A stretch of DNA of 63,912 bases, counting the filler, from Lenisia limosa (taxonomy: Eukaryota; Protista; Breviatea), in the NCBI GenBank assembly GCA_001655205.1. It is 15 parts of 15 records of this genome, joined end to end, with 100 filler letters (N's around TTAATTAATTAA, not from the genome) between each part and the next. Parts side by side here need not be neighbours in the genome. Positions count along the whole stretch, not along the records: positions 12,488 to 15,377 come from LPNZ01005072.1; positions 15,478 to 16,745 come from LPNZ01008331.1; positions 16,846 to 27,320 come from LPNZ01007324.1; 12 more parts are not named here. One strand, given 5' to 3'. Positions within the stretch are counted from its first letter, which is position 1. The number at the start of each line of letters is the position of its first letter. Positions 12,488 through 24,942 of this stretch are shown here, piece by piece. The notes beneath the pieces are model-generated. The model saw only the letters and a program-made list of their open reading frames with translations, was not told where the DNA came from and did no database searches. The position numbers were made by a program, and so were the translations under genes.

Positions 12488-12561
12488 AGACTGAATTCTC
12501 GATAAATCCTCGAAAACTATCGATATTTTCCTGGTGTTTTTCGAACCGAAGTGAAGCCCTA
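12488..12561. mobile_element. MITE family B copy (5' truncated)
   Basis: agactgaattctcgataaatcctcgaaaactatcgatatt...tcgaaccgaagtgaagcccta. Confidence 0.8.
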
Positions 12562-12685
12562 GGTGGGGGGTAACTAAAAAATATGATGTGAACATCTAAT
12601 GGGGGTGACGTTGGAGGCATCAGGGAGAGAATGTGGTGTTTCATTATTTAGCTGGTTATAATTATTCTATAATAATAGTTCTAAA

Positions 12686-12770
12686 TTGGTCTTCATTTCG
12701 GTTCGAAAAAGACCGGCAAACTATTGACATTTTTAAATTCAGCCTTTTTTCGAACCGAAGTGAAGACCTA
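12686..12770. mobile_element. MITE family B copy with degenerate 8-bp TSD
   Basis: TIRs ttggtcttcatttcggttcgaaaaag / ttttttcgaaccgaagtgaagaccta. Flanks are gttctaaa / attctaca (6/8 match). Confidence 0.75.
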
Positions 12771-13467
12771 ATTCTACATCAAATGTTTATTTCCAGCACA
12801 CGTTCGATAACACCTGTCTCTCCATAATTGCAGGCTGCTAAACCAGAATGAAACCTTGGCGTGTAAGGATTTCCTTATAGATTTAGGGTACTGCTTTTGA
12901 CTACTTTTGACTAAAATCCATGGATTTAGGGCTCGGAGAAGCGACTGGCCTGGACTTTGTTTGTTTTGTTGTTATCAATGTGTCGTCAGCCAAGATTTTG
13001 GCTTTTTTTGATTCATAAATGTTACAAATTTACCCCCCCCCTCCCGCAAAGTTCTCTCCACCAACATGGTATCTTGTGAGCATTCAGTTCCCATAGTTGC
13101 TAGCGTGTTTGCTGTATCGGTTCGCTACAGGGGTGAAAATGGTCAACTTATAGAGGTAAGAATGGACAATTTACTGGGCGGGGTGGGGGTAAATAGTAAT
13201 TTATGTGTATATGGATTGTTTCCCAAGATTGTTAATGTTTATTACTTCTTGCCAATAACACAATCCCGGCAAACATGAAAGTTCCTGTAGTTCAGAATAT
13301 CAGTATCAACAGAGGCCAGCGATGAGTCTTTTTTTATGGGGTTGAAAACCTCCATCTAAAATGGTCACGTGACACGATTATAATATATCACTAATAAATA
13401 TCATCCAAATATTACATTAATATAATAAAGATTTATCAAGAAATGCAGTGAAGCCCTCCTTATACAC

Positions 13468-15293
13468 CCCACCTCCTTCAATGACTGGCCAATCTCAGTC
13501 CGGTCAGAGAGGAGTTCACGAAGAGACTCAGAGAAGTGCTCGCTTTGCATAAGCGTTCTTGAAGCTTGGAGGGACTTCGTGGATTGGGATAGCGGGTTGG
13601 CTGGGGGGGGGGCATAAGGAGGATGATGATGGTGATGATAGGGATGATGATGATGATGATAGGGATGGTGATGATGATGATGATGATGATAGGGATGGTG
13701 ATGATGATGATGATGATGATAGGGATGATGATGATGATGATGGTCAAAAAAATAAGAGATGGGAAATCGAAATTGATAGGGAAGGAGGGGGGGGACTTTA
13801 ATCAGTGTTCATAGATCTACATCCCTTTTACCATAATTTCCAGTTATTGAATATATTTTCACCTAGATCTATATCACAGCCTTTTATCAAGGTCTTTGAT
13901 CTAGAGATCTTCAACTCACAAGGGGCTTCTGAGAATTCTCGCTTAATGAGGTTCGGGTGGATGTTGGAGAGGGAGTCAGACAGAGCCGCAATAGTGTGCT
14001 AAATGTAATTAATGTATGTATGTGACAACAAATATAGGCGCAGAATTAAAAGAATGAAACCATAGCCATTATTGAGAAATTAATTTCAAATTCGAAGTGA
14101 TATATATTATTGTAACGATGAAGCCATTTTAAACCCTTTAATATCAAATTCTGTCAATTTCTTCGAAAAATGAATTGCACAGAGCCTTCTAACTAGAGCT
14201 TCACTTTCGGTTCCAAAAAAGACTGAATTCTCCATAAATCCTCGATTTACTTCGTATGCTCAGATTTCCATTAGACTCNNNNNNNNNNNNNNNNNNNNNN
14301 NNNNNNNNNNNNNNNNNNNNNNNNNNNNNNNNNNNNNNNNNNNNNNNNNNNNNNNNNNNNNNNGGTCACCACATAGGCGGTTTGAGAAAACGGAGTGATT
14401 GGGGTGACTGGTTCGGGGGAACCTTCTACATGCGGTAAGTGACGACTTCCTCAAAAGGCAAGTCCAAAAAAGGCAACTTAAATATTTTTGATTCAATCCC
14501 TCCTCACTTTACGATTTAACAAATAAAACCCACTCTTACCCCGCGTGCCCTTCAGCCGCCTGATCGACATCGGTGGAGAGGCATCCTTAACAGTAAAAGA
14601 TGCCGCTGGCGCGGGCTGTGGGGTCAGATGATAAATTGGGGGTGGGGGGTATACCTAAATATGGTATTTATCTTAGTAGGGAAGCCCATGAGCCCAAGCT
14701 ATGCTAAATATACTAGGAGCGTGGGCACGGAGGCATGGTAATTTGTTTATTGTATCCCGATCTATTGAATTGTTTCCCTAGATTTCTAATCTAATTTCTC
14801 TTCTTCAAAAACATACACAGTGACTCTTCTAAGCCCAAGAACCTGATCCTCCGATTCCTTAACAGGAGAAGCGGAGAACTGNNNNNNNNNNNNNNNNNNN
14901 NNNNNNNNNNNNNNNNNNNNNNNNNNNNNNNNNNNNNNNNNNNNNNNNNNNNNNNNNNNNNNNNNNNNNNNNNNNNNNNNNNNNNNNNNNNNNNNNNNNN
15001 NNNNNNNNNNNNNNNNNNNNNNNNNNNNNNNNNNNNNNNNNNNNNNCTTGCTAGAGGGGGGAGTAAAACGAAGACAATTTCGATGAAGAATATTGGCGTA
15101 AAGGTACTAATCACGAATAGAATAATCTGAAACTCCAAACGGAAAAGAAACAAACAAAAATCAAAGAAAGAAGCAATAACAAACACCCACATACCCTCAG
15201 TGACAGCACCCGTGAGTTGGCCGGAAGTTGAAATGGGGTCCCACATGAGGAAAGCTGGACGTTGCTGACCAACGACCCCTGTAGTTGCTGAGC
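13468..15293 (-). CDS. Unidentified multi-exon gene fragment (Ser/Pro-rich)
   Basis: AG/GT-bounded exons include AQQLQGSLVSNVQLSSCGTPFQLPANSRVLSLR (15293-15195), PAPAASFTVKDASPPMSIRRLKGTR and ANPLSQSTKSLQASRTLMQSEHFSESLRELLSDRTEIGQSLKE. No family recognised. Confidence 0.45.
13620..13745. repeat. Compound (GAT)n microsatellite, probably intronic
   Basis: gatgatgat... interrupted by recurring 'agggatggt'. It lies just upstream of a ccccag acceptor on the minus strand. Confidence 0.85.
15051..15194 (-). repeat. Intron composed of repeat family E (GT...AG, 144 bp)
   Basis: GTATGTGGG...tttggagtttcagattattc...gattagtacctttacgccaatattcttcatcgaaattgtcttcgttttactccccctcTAG. The same sequence recurs at 15294-15378, 15674-15783, 21290-21361, 63838-63890 and as a short tail at ~34425-34455. 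Confidence 0.75.
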
Positions 15294-15478
15294 CTAGGGA
15301 GGGGGGGCAGGGTAAAATGAAGGAAATTTGGATGAAGAATATTGGCGTAAAGGTGCTAATTACGAACCGAATAATCTNNNNNNNNNNNNNNNNNNNNNNN
15401 NNNNNNNNNNNNNNNNNNNNNTTAATTAATTAANNNNNNNNNNNNNNNNNNNNNNNNNNNNNNNNNNNNNNNNNNNNT

Positions 15479-15577
15479 TAGGGTTTCACTTCGGTTCGAA
15501 AATAACCAATAAAATATCGATAGTTTTAGAGGACTTATTGAGAAATTCAGTCTTTTTTCAAACTGAAGTGAAGCCCT
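15479..15577. mobile_element. MITE family B copy (opposite interior orientation)
   Basis: tagggtttcacttcggttcgaaaa...aactgaagtgaagcccta. Confidence 0.85.
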
Positions 15578-15673
15578 ACCCACAATATTCTTAAAAACGA
15601 GGGCCAGCTCCTCGGAGTCCTTCAAAGGCCTTCCGGCGAAAACCAAAGTTTGGGACATCGGTGCTGGGGACTC
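15578..15673 (-). CDS. Exon with ubiquitin-like-domain similarity
   Basis: ccag|ESPAPMSQTLVFAGRPLKDSEELALVFKNIV|gtagg resembles the UBL Q-x-L-I-F-x-G-K-x-L-x-D motif. Confidence 0.45.
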
Positions 15674-15933
15674 CTGGGAGGATGAAACGAAGGAAATTTC
15701 GATTGGCGTAAAGGTACTAATCGCAAGTGAATAATCTGAAACTCCAAAAGAAAACAAACAAAAACAACCAAAAACAAACACACTTGAGGGACTAAATTTG
15801 GAACACTTGAAAATCGTCAGTATTCATGCTTATCAGAGATATTCGATTCTATAGTATCAGGCCGGAGCCATCCATATCATCACACAAAGATATTAGAAAG
15901 TTAGGTAAAATGAAATTGTTTGCGATATGAAAA

Positions 15934-16612
15934 GACCTCTTTCCCGTCTCTCAGCATCTTTTTGGCGCTATTTATATCCAAAACAGTAATTGATACAGTC
16001 ACTGCGTGGGAGGAAGTGACCCAGTAAGTGGAGTGATAGTTCTTTTCATCTTTTAGGAACGGAACTATTACCTCACTTTCTGCACTAGCATATGATCACA
16101 TGACTGGCTTTCGAGTCGAACTGATAAACAATTCGAAGTTGATCTGAGAACACAATCACGATGTGGGATAGGACATATTTATGCTGACGTCATAATATAC
16201 TATGTGAACATGAGAAAAACAAAAGAAGGGGAGAGAGCTGGCCGAAGCGCTCCACTCCATCACACTTAAATTATTGGTTCATTATAGTATAATATTAAGC
16301 CAAATAATCATTTGCGAAGTGCACACAGCTTTCTGATTCATTATTTGAAGAACTGTTCACATAAATAGAGCAGGGGGCCTATGATCTCACCGGGAAGTGG
16401 TTCATGAGGTACTGCTTTAGCGTGTATATTGTACTGTCTTCCTCCAACGTCACGTCAAAGACCGCCCTGTTACTGGGGGACTTCACTGTAAGGCTGATCA
16501 TTTAGGGCAAGTGCTGAGAATGACTGGTCAACAAAAGCGGGTTACTGTATCAATTATTGTTTACTGGATATAAATAACGCCAATATGATGCAGAGAGACG
16601 GAAAAGAGGGTC
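15934..16612. repeat. ~90-bp inverted repeat pair separated by ~500 bp
   Basis: 15934-16025 (gacctctttcccgtctctcagcatc...aattgatacagt) is the reverse complement of 16522-16612, with high but imperfect identity. Confidence 0.75.
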
Positions 16613-16846
16613 ACGTCAAACTTTTCCCCGGTTTTATTGGCATTGGCGCATACGCCACATCCCTTTTGTAATAGGAAAACAGAAACAGGGGGCCACAGAC
16701 CCGGGGATTTTACCATTATTTTTTTGGGAGATCTGTCGGAGATCTNNNNNNNNNNNNNNNNNNNNNNNNNNNNNNNNNNNNNNNNNNNNTTAATTAATTA
16801 ANNNNNNNNNNNNNNNNNNNNNNNNNNNNNNNNNNNNNNNNNNNNA

Positions 16847-19800
16847 GTTGATTTGGGCTCTTTTTGTTTCATAATTTTCCCATTTTACTCCCCCCCCCCT
16901 CATACAGCCAAGCCATTCCCAACCTATCCGACCGCTATCCAGCCCTCTTTCGTCTGTTTAATGTTCTTCTCGTGGCGCGTGGTGTGATGATTGTTTTTCT
17001 GCTGTCACAACTTGAAACAACGCATCTCAATTCCGAGTACTCAATGTGTGTCGTTTTTCAGATCTCGGCGACAATCTGTGGGTGGCCTTATTTCGTTGTT
17101 TTCAATTCCAGATATTTATTTTTTCAAATGTGATAGCGATTCCGAGTAAATGATTATGATAAAAGGAAACAAGTCATAATGCCTCACAACGTTATGGTTG
17201 AAATGATATTTACCTTTCCAGTGCTGTTCAAATTCATACCCTTCCGAGCCTCACTTTTTGTCGACTCTCTTTGCTGGAGTTTTCTTTTGATTGCTCTCTT
17301 TATTGTTGAGGGTGTTCTCAATGTATGTTGGGAGTAACCTGCCTTTCGGGCCAAGGGGGGATTAAATAAGGACATGCTGGGTTGTTTCCTTTTTGGTCTC
17401 TAGCAGTAACTCCTAACATGACTTGTATGATTACTCCCCTGACATGACTTGTATGGTTACTCTGCCCCTAACATGACTATGCCCTTTGTCTTTGCAATGC
17501 CCGTAACATGACTTAGCCCTTTGTCTTTGCAATGCCCGTAACATGACTTAGCCCTTTGTCTTTGCAATGCGCCTAACATGACTTAGCCCTTTGTATTTGC
17601 AATGTGGTTCTACGTGTCTCTTGCTGCGTACTACCTGGACAAGGCCGCGTTCACATCGAGAGTTGCCAAAGTTGTGGCCGAACACAAACTCCAGATGGAA
17701 TCGAAACGAATAGGTTGGGAGGTATCAACTGTAAGGTGTCTATCCGCTCTCCTTGTTTGACTTTGAGTTGGAGTTGAGATTAATTATTTTGAAATAATTG
17801 ACTTTATTTCAGTATTTATTCTCAAAATTTCCCTCAATACTCCCCCCCCCCNNNNNNNNNNNNNNNNNNNNNNNNNNNNNNNNNNNNNNNNNNNNNNNNN
17901 NNNNNNNNNNNNNNNNNNNNNNNNNNNNNNNNNNNNNNNNNNNNNNNNNNNNNNNNNNNNNNNNNNNNNNNNNNNNNNNNNNNNNNNNNNNNNNNNNNTA
18001 TTTCGCCGACGGAAGCGTTCGACAGTGTATCAGTCCTCTTTATATATGTACGTGGCGGTTTCCCCCCAATTTTTTGCACATTCCTTGATTTCTTTGTGTC
18101 ATCTCTCATTTTTGCTCCACCAACTCTTTTAGTTGCAACTTTTTGAGTTCCTCATTCAAAGAGCAGCACCAGCTAAAGTAGGGTGACATTGTACTTTGTA
18201 TCATTAGTGCTGATTCTGCAATAGGGGTATATGAAACTGTATTTTGATAATCGTAAATATTTATCTTATTCTGCCTCTTCCAGGTTGTTTATCATATTCT
18301 GCCTCTTCCAGGTTGTTTATCTTATTCTGCCTCTTCCAGGTTGTTTTGACAGTGAATCACCATGTTCTTGTCATTGATGAGGCGATTTCAAATGCTGGAT
18401 GGTAAGAGGGCTATTTTAGATATTTTGTGCAGTGTGCACGCATGTTGTTTATCATGTAGCTACAAAGTGGAGCAAGTGGAAGAGTCGATATTGGTTGTTG
18501 GTGGACTGCCTTCAGATGAAGACGTTGTCACCACCCAGACCAAGAAAAGGGACGCTGAGAAGGCTACATCTTTGGTAGGGTCAACCCTTGACATGTTCAT
18601 TTTGTTCGATTACCGGCGCAATGGTTCTCTCACACTTCCGTGTTTCTTAAGTGTGTATTGATATGATAATATTGATATATTTTCACCATTTTGAAAAATG
18701 GATTTACCCCCCAGCGATCCAGTGGGGCCCGTGCGGCATTGAAGGTTGGCGTTGAGACCCTGAAACACATAAGTGGCGTCAATGGCGTCGGTGTGCAGAT
18801 GGGCTGTCATTCAGGCTCCGTCGTTGCTGGCGTGCTGGGTGGGGGGGGGGGNNNNNNNNNNNNNNNNNNNNNNNNNNNNNNNNNNNNNNNNNNNNNNNNN
18901 NNNNNNNNNNNNNNNNNNNNNNNNNNNNNNNNNNNNNNNNNNNNNNNNNNNNNNNNNNNNNNTCCAATTCGGTCTCAGCATTTCATCAGGCCATCTGACC
19001 CTCAGGTCTCACAACGCTACATTGGTGCATGGTCGGTTCCACTTTGAATGAGGCGTCAAGAGTGGCCACATCCGAACCGATCGCAGATCCTGTGGGCAAG
19101 GGGTATTGCAATGAACCGATTGTAGATCCTGTGGGCAAGGGGGTATTGTACTTTCGATTAGGCTTGTTATGACTGCTCTCTACTTGCATCTTACATGACC
19201 TTCAAGCTTGACGCACACGCACATACGCCACTGCCTTCCTTCGTTCTCAATACAGAGGGTGACTATCTTCGATTCTCATCATCCACATGCCGGGCCTTAC
19301 TGGAGGTTGGAATAGGGAGGGTCATTTATCCCTGAGCGTGTCACTTGACCTCGACAGTCACCCGAAGTGTCGCTGTTTTCAGCATCAGGTAAAATACCGG
19401 CATCTTCACTCGAACAAGGTGAGGTTGTGCATGTTACAACTTCTTCAGCCATGTATTGATTGTTTCAATAACACTTCAGGGCTGAACGAGTCGTTTGCCA
19501 AATTCGATGTAGGGAGGAGCCAAATGAGATTATTCAGTGTACTCGTGGTATTACAGAATTCTTGTAGTCTGTCAACAGGATACCAAGCATTTGACCTGTG
19601 TAGCTCCCAGGTCAAATTTCCAGTCCGCAAGTACTTTCGAACAATGAAGCCTTGGAGGAACCTGGACTTGATATGTACTCGGCCATTGTCCAGGTATGGT
19701 AATGTTGTATACAAAGGAGGGAAAGCGAAGTTAATCAAATTCAATTTGGTGCCAAGGCCAGATAAGCCTTTTCCTTACCGCCTCCCCCCAGGACACGTTT

Positions 19801-22800
19801 GGCTGGGAGGCGGGCTATGCGGGTCGGGTAGCGGCAAAGGGGCTCGGAACCATTCCGGTGTGGACTGTGCACCTCACGTCGGAGCTAACTCCAGAGGCGG
19901 AAGTTGTCAAAGATCAATATGACGATTATGGTGAGTCATTCAGATTGGGTGTGCATTTCCAGTACAATTCAAAAACCTCGATTACTGGTATCTTTTTCAG
20001 TGTGTCATCTCGTCATCATTCATCGTTATTATCATTGTTATAATCCCTATCCCCAATACATCTCCACCACCATCCCCATCATTCATTGCATAGTGCCCTC
20101 TGACGAGGATGAGCAGGCGGATGAAACGTTCAGCCAAATGGACAGTCGAGTCAGCTCCAGCTTCTTTGGAGACTCACCCTTTGTTACACAGAACAGCCTG
20201 TCACAGGTGAGCTCCAAGCAAGTTGCAGTTTCTCAAAACCCGCAAAACTGACCCCCCAGAGTTTCGGCGAATCCATGACATTTGCTGTGCCGGCGGCTTT
20301 GACGCCGCTTGATTTGGATGACGTCATACCGAACGGCATATTTCCTTCTCTGGATCTCCATGATCATTCAGGTGCTCATTTACCTTGCTAATCGCATTCT
20401 GAGAGTTTTGGCATGATCTAGCCACTCATGTCTTTGAGATGTCTCATTGATCATTCATAAAAGCTCTGTTGCCAATGGATTTGTTTTTNNNNNNNNNNNN
20501 NNNNNNNNNNNNNNNNNNNNNNNNNNNNNNNNNNNNNNNNNNNNNNNNNNNNNNNNNNNNNNNNNNNNNNNNNNNNNNNNNNNNNNNNNNNNNNNNNNNN
20601 NNNNNNNNNNNNNNNNNNNNNNNNNNNNNNNNNNNNNNNNNNNNNNNNNNNNNNNNNNNNNNNNNNNNNNNNNNNNNNNNNNNNNNNNNNNNNNNNNNNN
20701 NNNNNNNNNNNATCAGTCCTCTGATTACTTTAGGCTCCGTACTGCCCCCAAAAATCATTCCGGTAGGATATCCTATGCTTATTGCCTCTTTGAACGTGAT
20801 ATCTTGTTGAATAATCTTCTCTCGTTTACCTCCTCTCACCCCTCGCAGCAATGGAAGACGTTTCATCGATTACGGGCATGGGGATCAAGCTCTTCGGGAG
20901 GGGTTTCACCTGTCTGCAGCAAACCAAGGCGGACCGAAGTGAAAAACCCGAATGTAATGAGTGGCGGAAGGGATTTAGAGGGGACGGAGGCTAGAAGTTG
21001 GTACAAAACGATTGGAGTATACCTACTTTGGTTATTGTGCCCAGTTTTTATCCAACATCTGCAGTGTAGTTATTGTGATGAGATGCTGTACAGCAGAAGC
21101 GACTGGCCTGGGCTTAGTTTTGTTGTTATTAACCCTCGTGTGTTGTCAACCAACAGAGTTAATTTTGGACTTTTTTAATTTTTCAATTTTACGACTCTTC
21201 AAAGGCTGGCTTTGGCTTGTTTTTTTTTGTGTGTGTTTTTGTCATCTGGTTTTTGTCTAGTTTTAGCGTTGGTTTCTCGTGTTTGTTTGCTTGTTTTTTT
21301 TTGTTGTTTTAGTTTTTTTTGTTTGGAGTTTCGGATTATTCGGTTTATGATTAGTACCTTTNNNNNNNNNNNNNNNNNNNNNNNNNNNNNNNNNNNNNNN
21401 NNNNNNNNNNNNNNNNNNNNNNCTCATACCTCCGGTCCGCGTCAACGCGTTCGTTGGCGTCGAGCGTGACGTCGCACCATTCCTTCCAGCAAAGTGTTGC
21501 GCCAAAAAGTGGGCGGGGGGGATGAATGTGTTAATCACACTTCTATTATCTTGTCAGATTGAGGCATTGGAGTACTTTCGATATTTACCAAACCAGTTCT
21601 GACCTGTAGAATTGACAATGGTGACAAAGAGTTTCGTTAAGGACGTTGAGGACCTCTTTTGGCTGCCATACTCCAAACAGAACCGAGTGAGGCGCTTTCT
21701 GTTTTTCATTCATCAATGGAATCACCATGCTTGTACTGACTCTGCAGACTGTCGATCGCATTGCCTCCGTTCTGTACCTCACGCTTAAGCTCTACTTTCA
21801 CATTCTAACGTGGTTGACTCCCTCTGAGTTCGGCTCACTCTGGGTGGGGGGAGTGACGGGACTTGGTATCATTACCACCGGTTACTTTACAGTTTGACCT
21901 CCTACATGGGGCATTTTAGCATTTACACGGTCATTACATCTTATCAGGTGCGGAGAGCGACCGACATCATTGCCATCTGCATCGCCCTTTCTTCATACCT
22001 GACACTCAAGTTCAACATCTCTTCTGAGTATGCTCTTGCTATCAGTCAATGTTTGGCGCCATGAAGTCTACTTAATCATTATTGCCAAACTGTTAAGTTC
22101 ACACCTGCCTTTAATTAAAAGCTCATCCTTTTTCTCCCTAAACTGTTGTGTGGCTGTGGTGGACGGCTTCTGTCGTATTATTCACTTTTTTGTCTATATA
22201 ACATAAAGTATAAATTATTGTTTAATCAACGCAGAAAAACGACATACTTCCTGAAGGCCGCCCTCTGGATTGTTGCCTTTTTTGCTGCTATGACCTTGCC
22301 TGGTTGGTGGTGTGGTACTGGACAATGAGGTCCCGATAAATCCAATCATGTGTTGCCTATTCCAAGTTGAAAATGATAAGCCTTCAAAGGCTAATCACAC
22401 CTGCCCTAAATAACCTCACTTGGTGACCGTACAGGTGACGGTGATGAACGAACTGATAATTTGGCGTCTTCCCTCGTAGTAGCCCTTTTCGCTGGAATCA
22501 CGGTCGTCAGAATCAAGATACTGCATTTGTGGGGATATGGCGGGGTATTTTATCACTTGGTTCTTATTTTTTTGTGAGTTTCCAAATCCTTCTGAGTTCT
22601 GAAGAGGATTTTGCAATTGCGAATGAGACACTTACTCCCCCTTTTTCCCAGAACCATCGGAGTTCTAAGCGTGATTCTGACACAGATTTCAATCCTGTTC
22701 TACTTTGACGTTGTCCCATTCGCTGACTTATTGGCCAGGTGGGGGGGGGCACGTTGATTTAGTGCTACTCCTGTTCCTTTTTCCTCAAGACTTTTTTCCT

Positions 22801-24661
22801 TGACACATTCACTCTTATCAGTTCTCTTTCCAAGCAAAAAGCTCTTTTATTTCTTCCCACCAATTTGATAAATATCAAGTCTCTCATCACTTCTCCAGGA
22901 CAGCCATTTTGATCGCAGTTTGTCCGTTTCTCTTACCCGTGAGTTGGAAAGAGGCCAAGGCAAGAAAAGCTTTTCTCACAAGAGTTGGGGGGTGTATTCT
23001 TGCTCATGCGCTTTTTTAAGTTTCATCGTTTGTGTATTAATGACCATACTTCAATGATGATGCAATCTTATTTGTCATTAGTTTGCACTACGTCGACAGA
23101 AGTCCGTATCTAAAAGTGGGGGGACTTCATGTTAAAAGTGGGGAGACTTCATGTTAAAAGTGGGGGGACTTCATGTTAACTCCGAGGAATGGTAATGCTG
23201 GTTGACTTCGAGGCTTTTCTATCACCAGTACCCCCCTCTCCACCCATGGATGTCACACCCGACAGAGTTCCTGGGTCAGCTCATACCCGGAGACTTGGTA
23301 CCAGATTTGCTGCAGTTCGGCCGCGTTGTGGCTGACCTACCCTCCAAGGTGGCTGTTGTACAGGTATGATGTTGTGCGTGTGGGTACTGAGTTGTGCGTG
23401 TGGAATACAGACTTTCTTACCCCCCCTCCCCCTAGTCTGACATAGTGGGCTTCACAGCATTGGCGCACTCGCTAACACCTCAACACATCTTCGCCGTCTT
23501 GAACCGCATTATCAAGTGGGGGAGGTTGCTGTGTCTCTATGTGGCTTTCATCCCCCAAGAACACTAATTCCACCCCCACCCCCAGGACATTTGACTCTCT
23601 TGGAAGCCGGCACGGGATGTACCGCCTGTACACTGTTGGTGACGCCTGGGTGGTATGGGGGTATAAAACGTTTACTTTGGCGAGAACCATTAACACTCCC
23701 CCCGCAACCCCCCTTTTATGCCGCAGGCCGTAGCCGGAACACAAGGTACATCGGAGGTGCCATGCTCCTCCGCTGCCGCGTTGGCTGTTCTTTTGCAACC
23801 TGCTGTGGATAAACTCAAACCGGTGAGTCTGTCCTTACTGCCTTTCTAGGTAGCAATCCACCTGTGGGACTTTGTTCCTGTTAATGGGAGAGTTTTCCAT
23901 CTCTTTTATCAATGTTGTTTAATTGTTTAATTGTTGTTTTATTTCGGCCATTGCCACTTACCCCTCTCCTCCAGTCCCTGCAGCTGGAGCAACCACTGAC
24001 CATACGGTGCGGCATTTCGTTCACGTCGGCAGTTGCCGGGGTGGTCGGTTCCGCGCGACCGAGGTTCCTCATGGTTTGGGGGCTATCATGCATTTGACTG
24101 AATAGTGGGCCATATCATGCATTTGACTGAATAGTGGGGCCAAGCAGTGCGACATGCAGCAGCCTGTGAAATGAGTAGCGCGCCAGGCGCCGTCATAACA
24201 AATAACAGCGTGGTTCTGGGTGTACAGGAGGAGGTCGGCGCTGTCAACCACTTCCGAGCACCTTCACTTGCTGAAGGTTTCATGGTTGGGGAGGGGGGAT
24301 GAGTGTGGACATAATCTTGTCATGGTCATTTGTTGACTCAAAAGGTGCCTCTGTCTTTGCCATTCAACTCCAAACGGTTCCTTGGCCGCGCGGGAGGATT
24401 GAAGTGCACTATTGTTGCTTCGAGGTTTGTGGATAGGAATGTAATTATAGCTTTCAACAAAACTGTTTATGATCCGCTTGTTTTTTTGTTTTTTTTTTGA
24501 TATGCAAGTGACATTTCAGGGATCCCGAAATGATCTATGATTCTTCGCCCCTTTCCCTGCGACAAGATGCAGTAGACAATGCCCTTCGAATAACAACTTC
24601 ACTGTGGTGCATTGAGCGACCGGGTGTGAGTAAACGAAGTACTGGCGTGGCCTTCTCCTGA
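16847..24661 (+). CDS. Membrane guanylyl cyclase, TM-C-TM-C topology with transposed catalytic domains (Dictyostelium GCA-like); 5' partial
   Basis: Domain 1 (18000-19061, spliced): FDSVSVLFIYLQLF...AGCYKVEQVEESILVVGGLP...QMGCHSGSVVAGVLGLTTLHWCMVGSTLNEASR. About 6 hydrophobic exons follow (21750-22970). Domain 2 (23250-24280): LGQLIPGDLV...SDIVGFTAL...LNRII...TFDSL...YTVGDAW...IRCGISFTSAVAGVVGSARPRFLMWGQAVRHAAACE. Probable stop is TGA at 24659-24661. Confidence 0.85.
17470..17604. repeat. Minisatellite, 35 bp x ~4, ending in a splice acceptor
   Basis: The unit taacatgacttagccctttgtctttgcaatgcccg has acatgact at 17471, 17506, 17541 and 17576. Confidence 0.9.
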
Positions 24662-24942
24662 TTAGATCTTTCATCTAGATTGTATATTATGTTGTTATTT
24701 TGTTTGTTTAGTTTTTTGGCATGTTACTAATTTACATTAAATGGGTGGGAGTGAAACCGGCAAAGGTTTCCAATAATCCTGACGGGTCACGCCTGAGTTC
24801 CGTCTCAGGGAACCACCAAAAAATAAGAAAAGACGGTTTATTTGAAGTATCTCTACTCCTTGGTTAAATATCACTATCATACAGCACCCAACAAGTTCGC
24901 TCGCGTATAAATAGAACACTATCACATCTAAATAAACCGAAT

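Noticed and set aside
13478-13814. Poly-Asp, poly-Ile and poly-Met ORFs
   Set aside because: They are translations of a (GAT)n microsatellite that lies upstream of a minus-strand acceptor, so it is probably intronic.
19287-19922. 211-aa plus-strand ORF inside the cyclase locus as a separate gene or retroelement
   Set aside because: It has no recognisable domain and no RT or integrase motif. It most likely spans cyclase exons and introns by chance.
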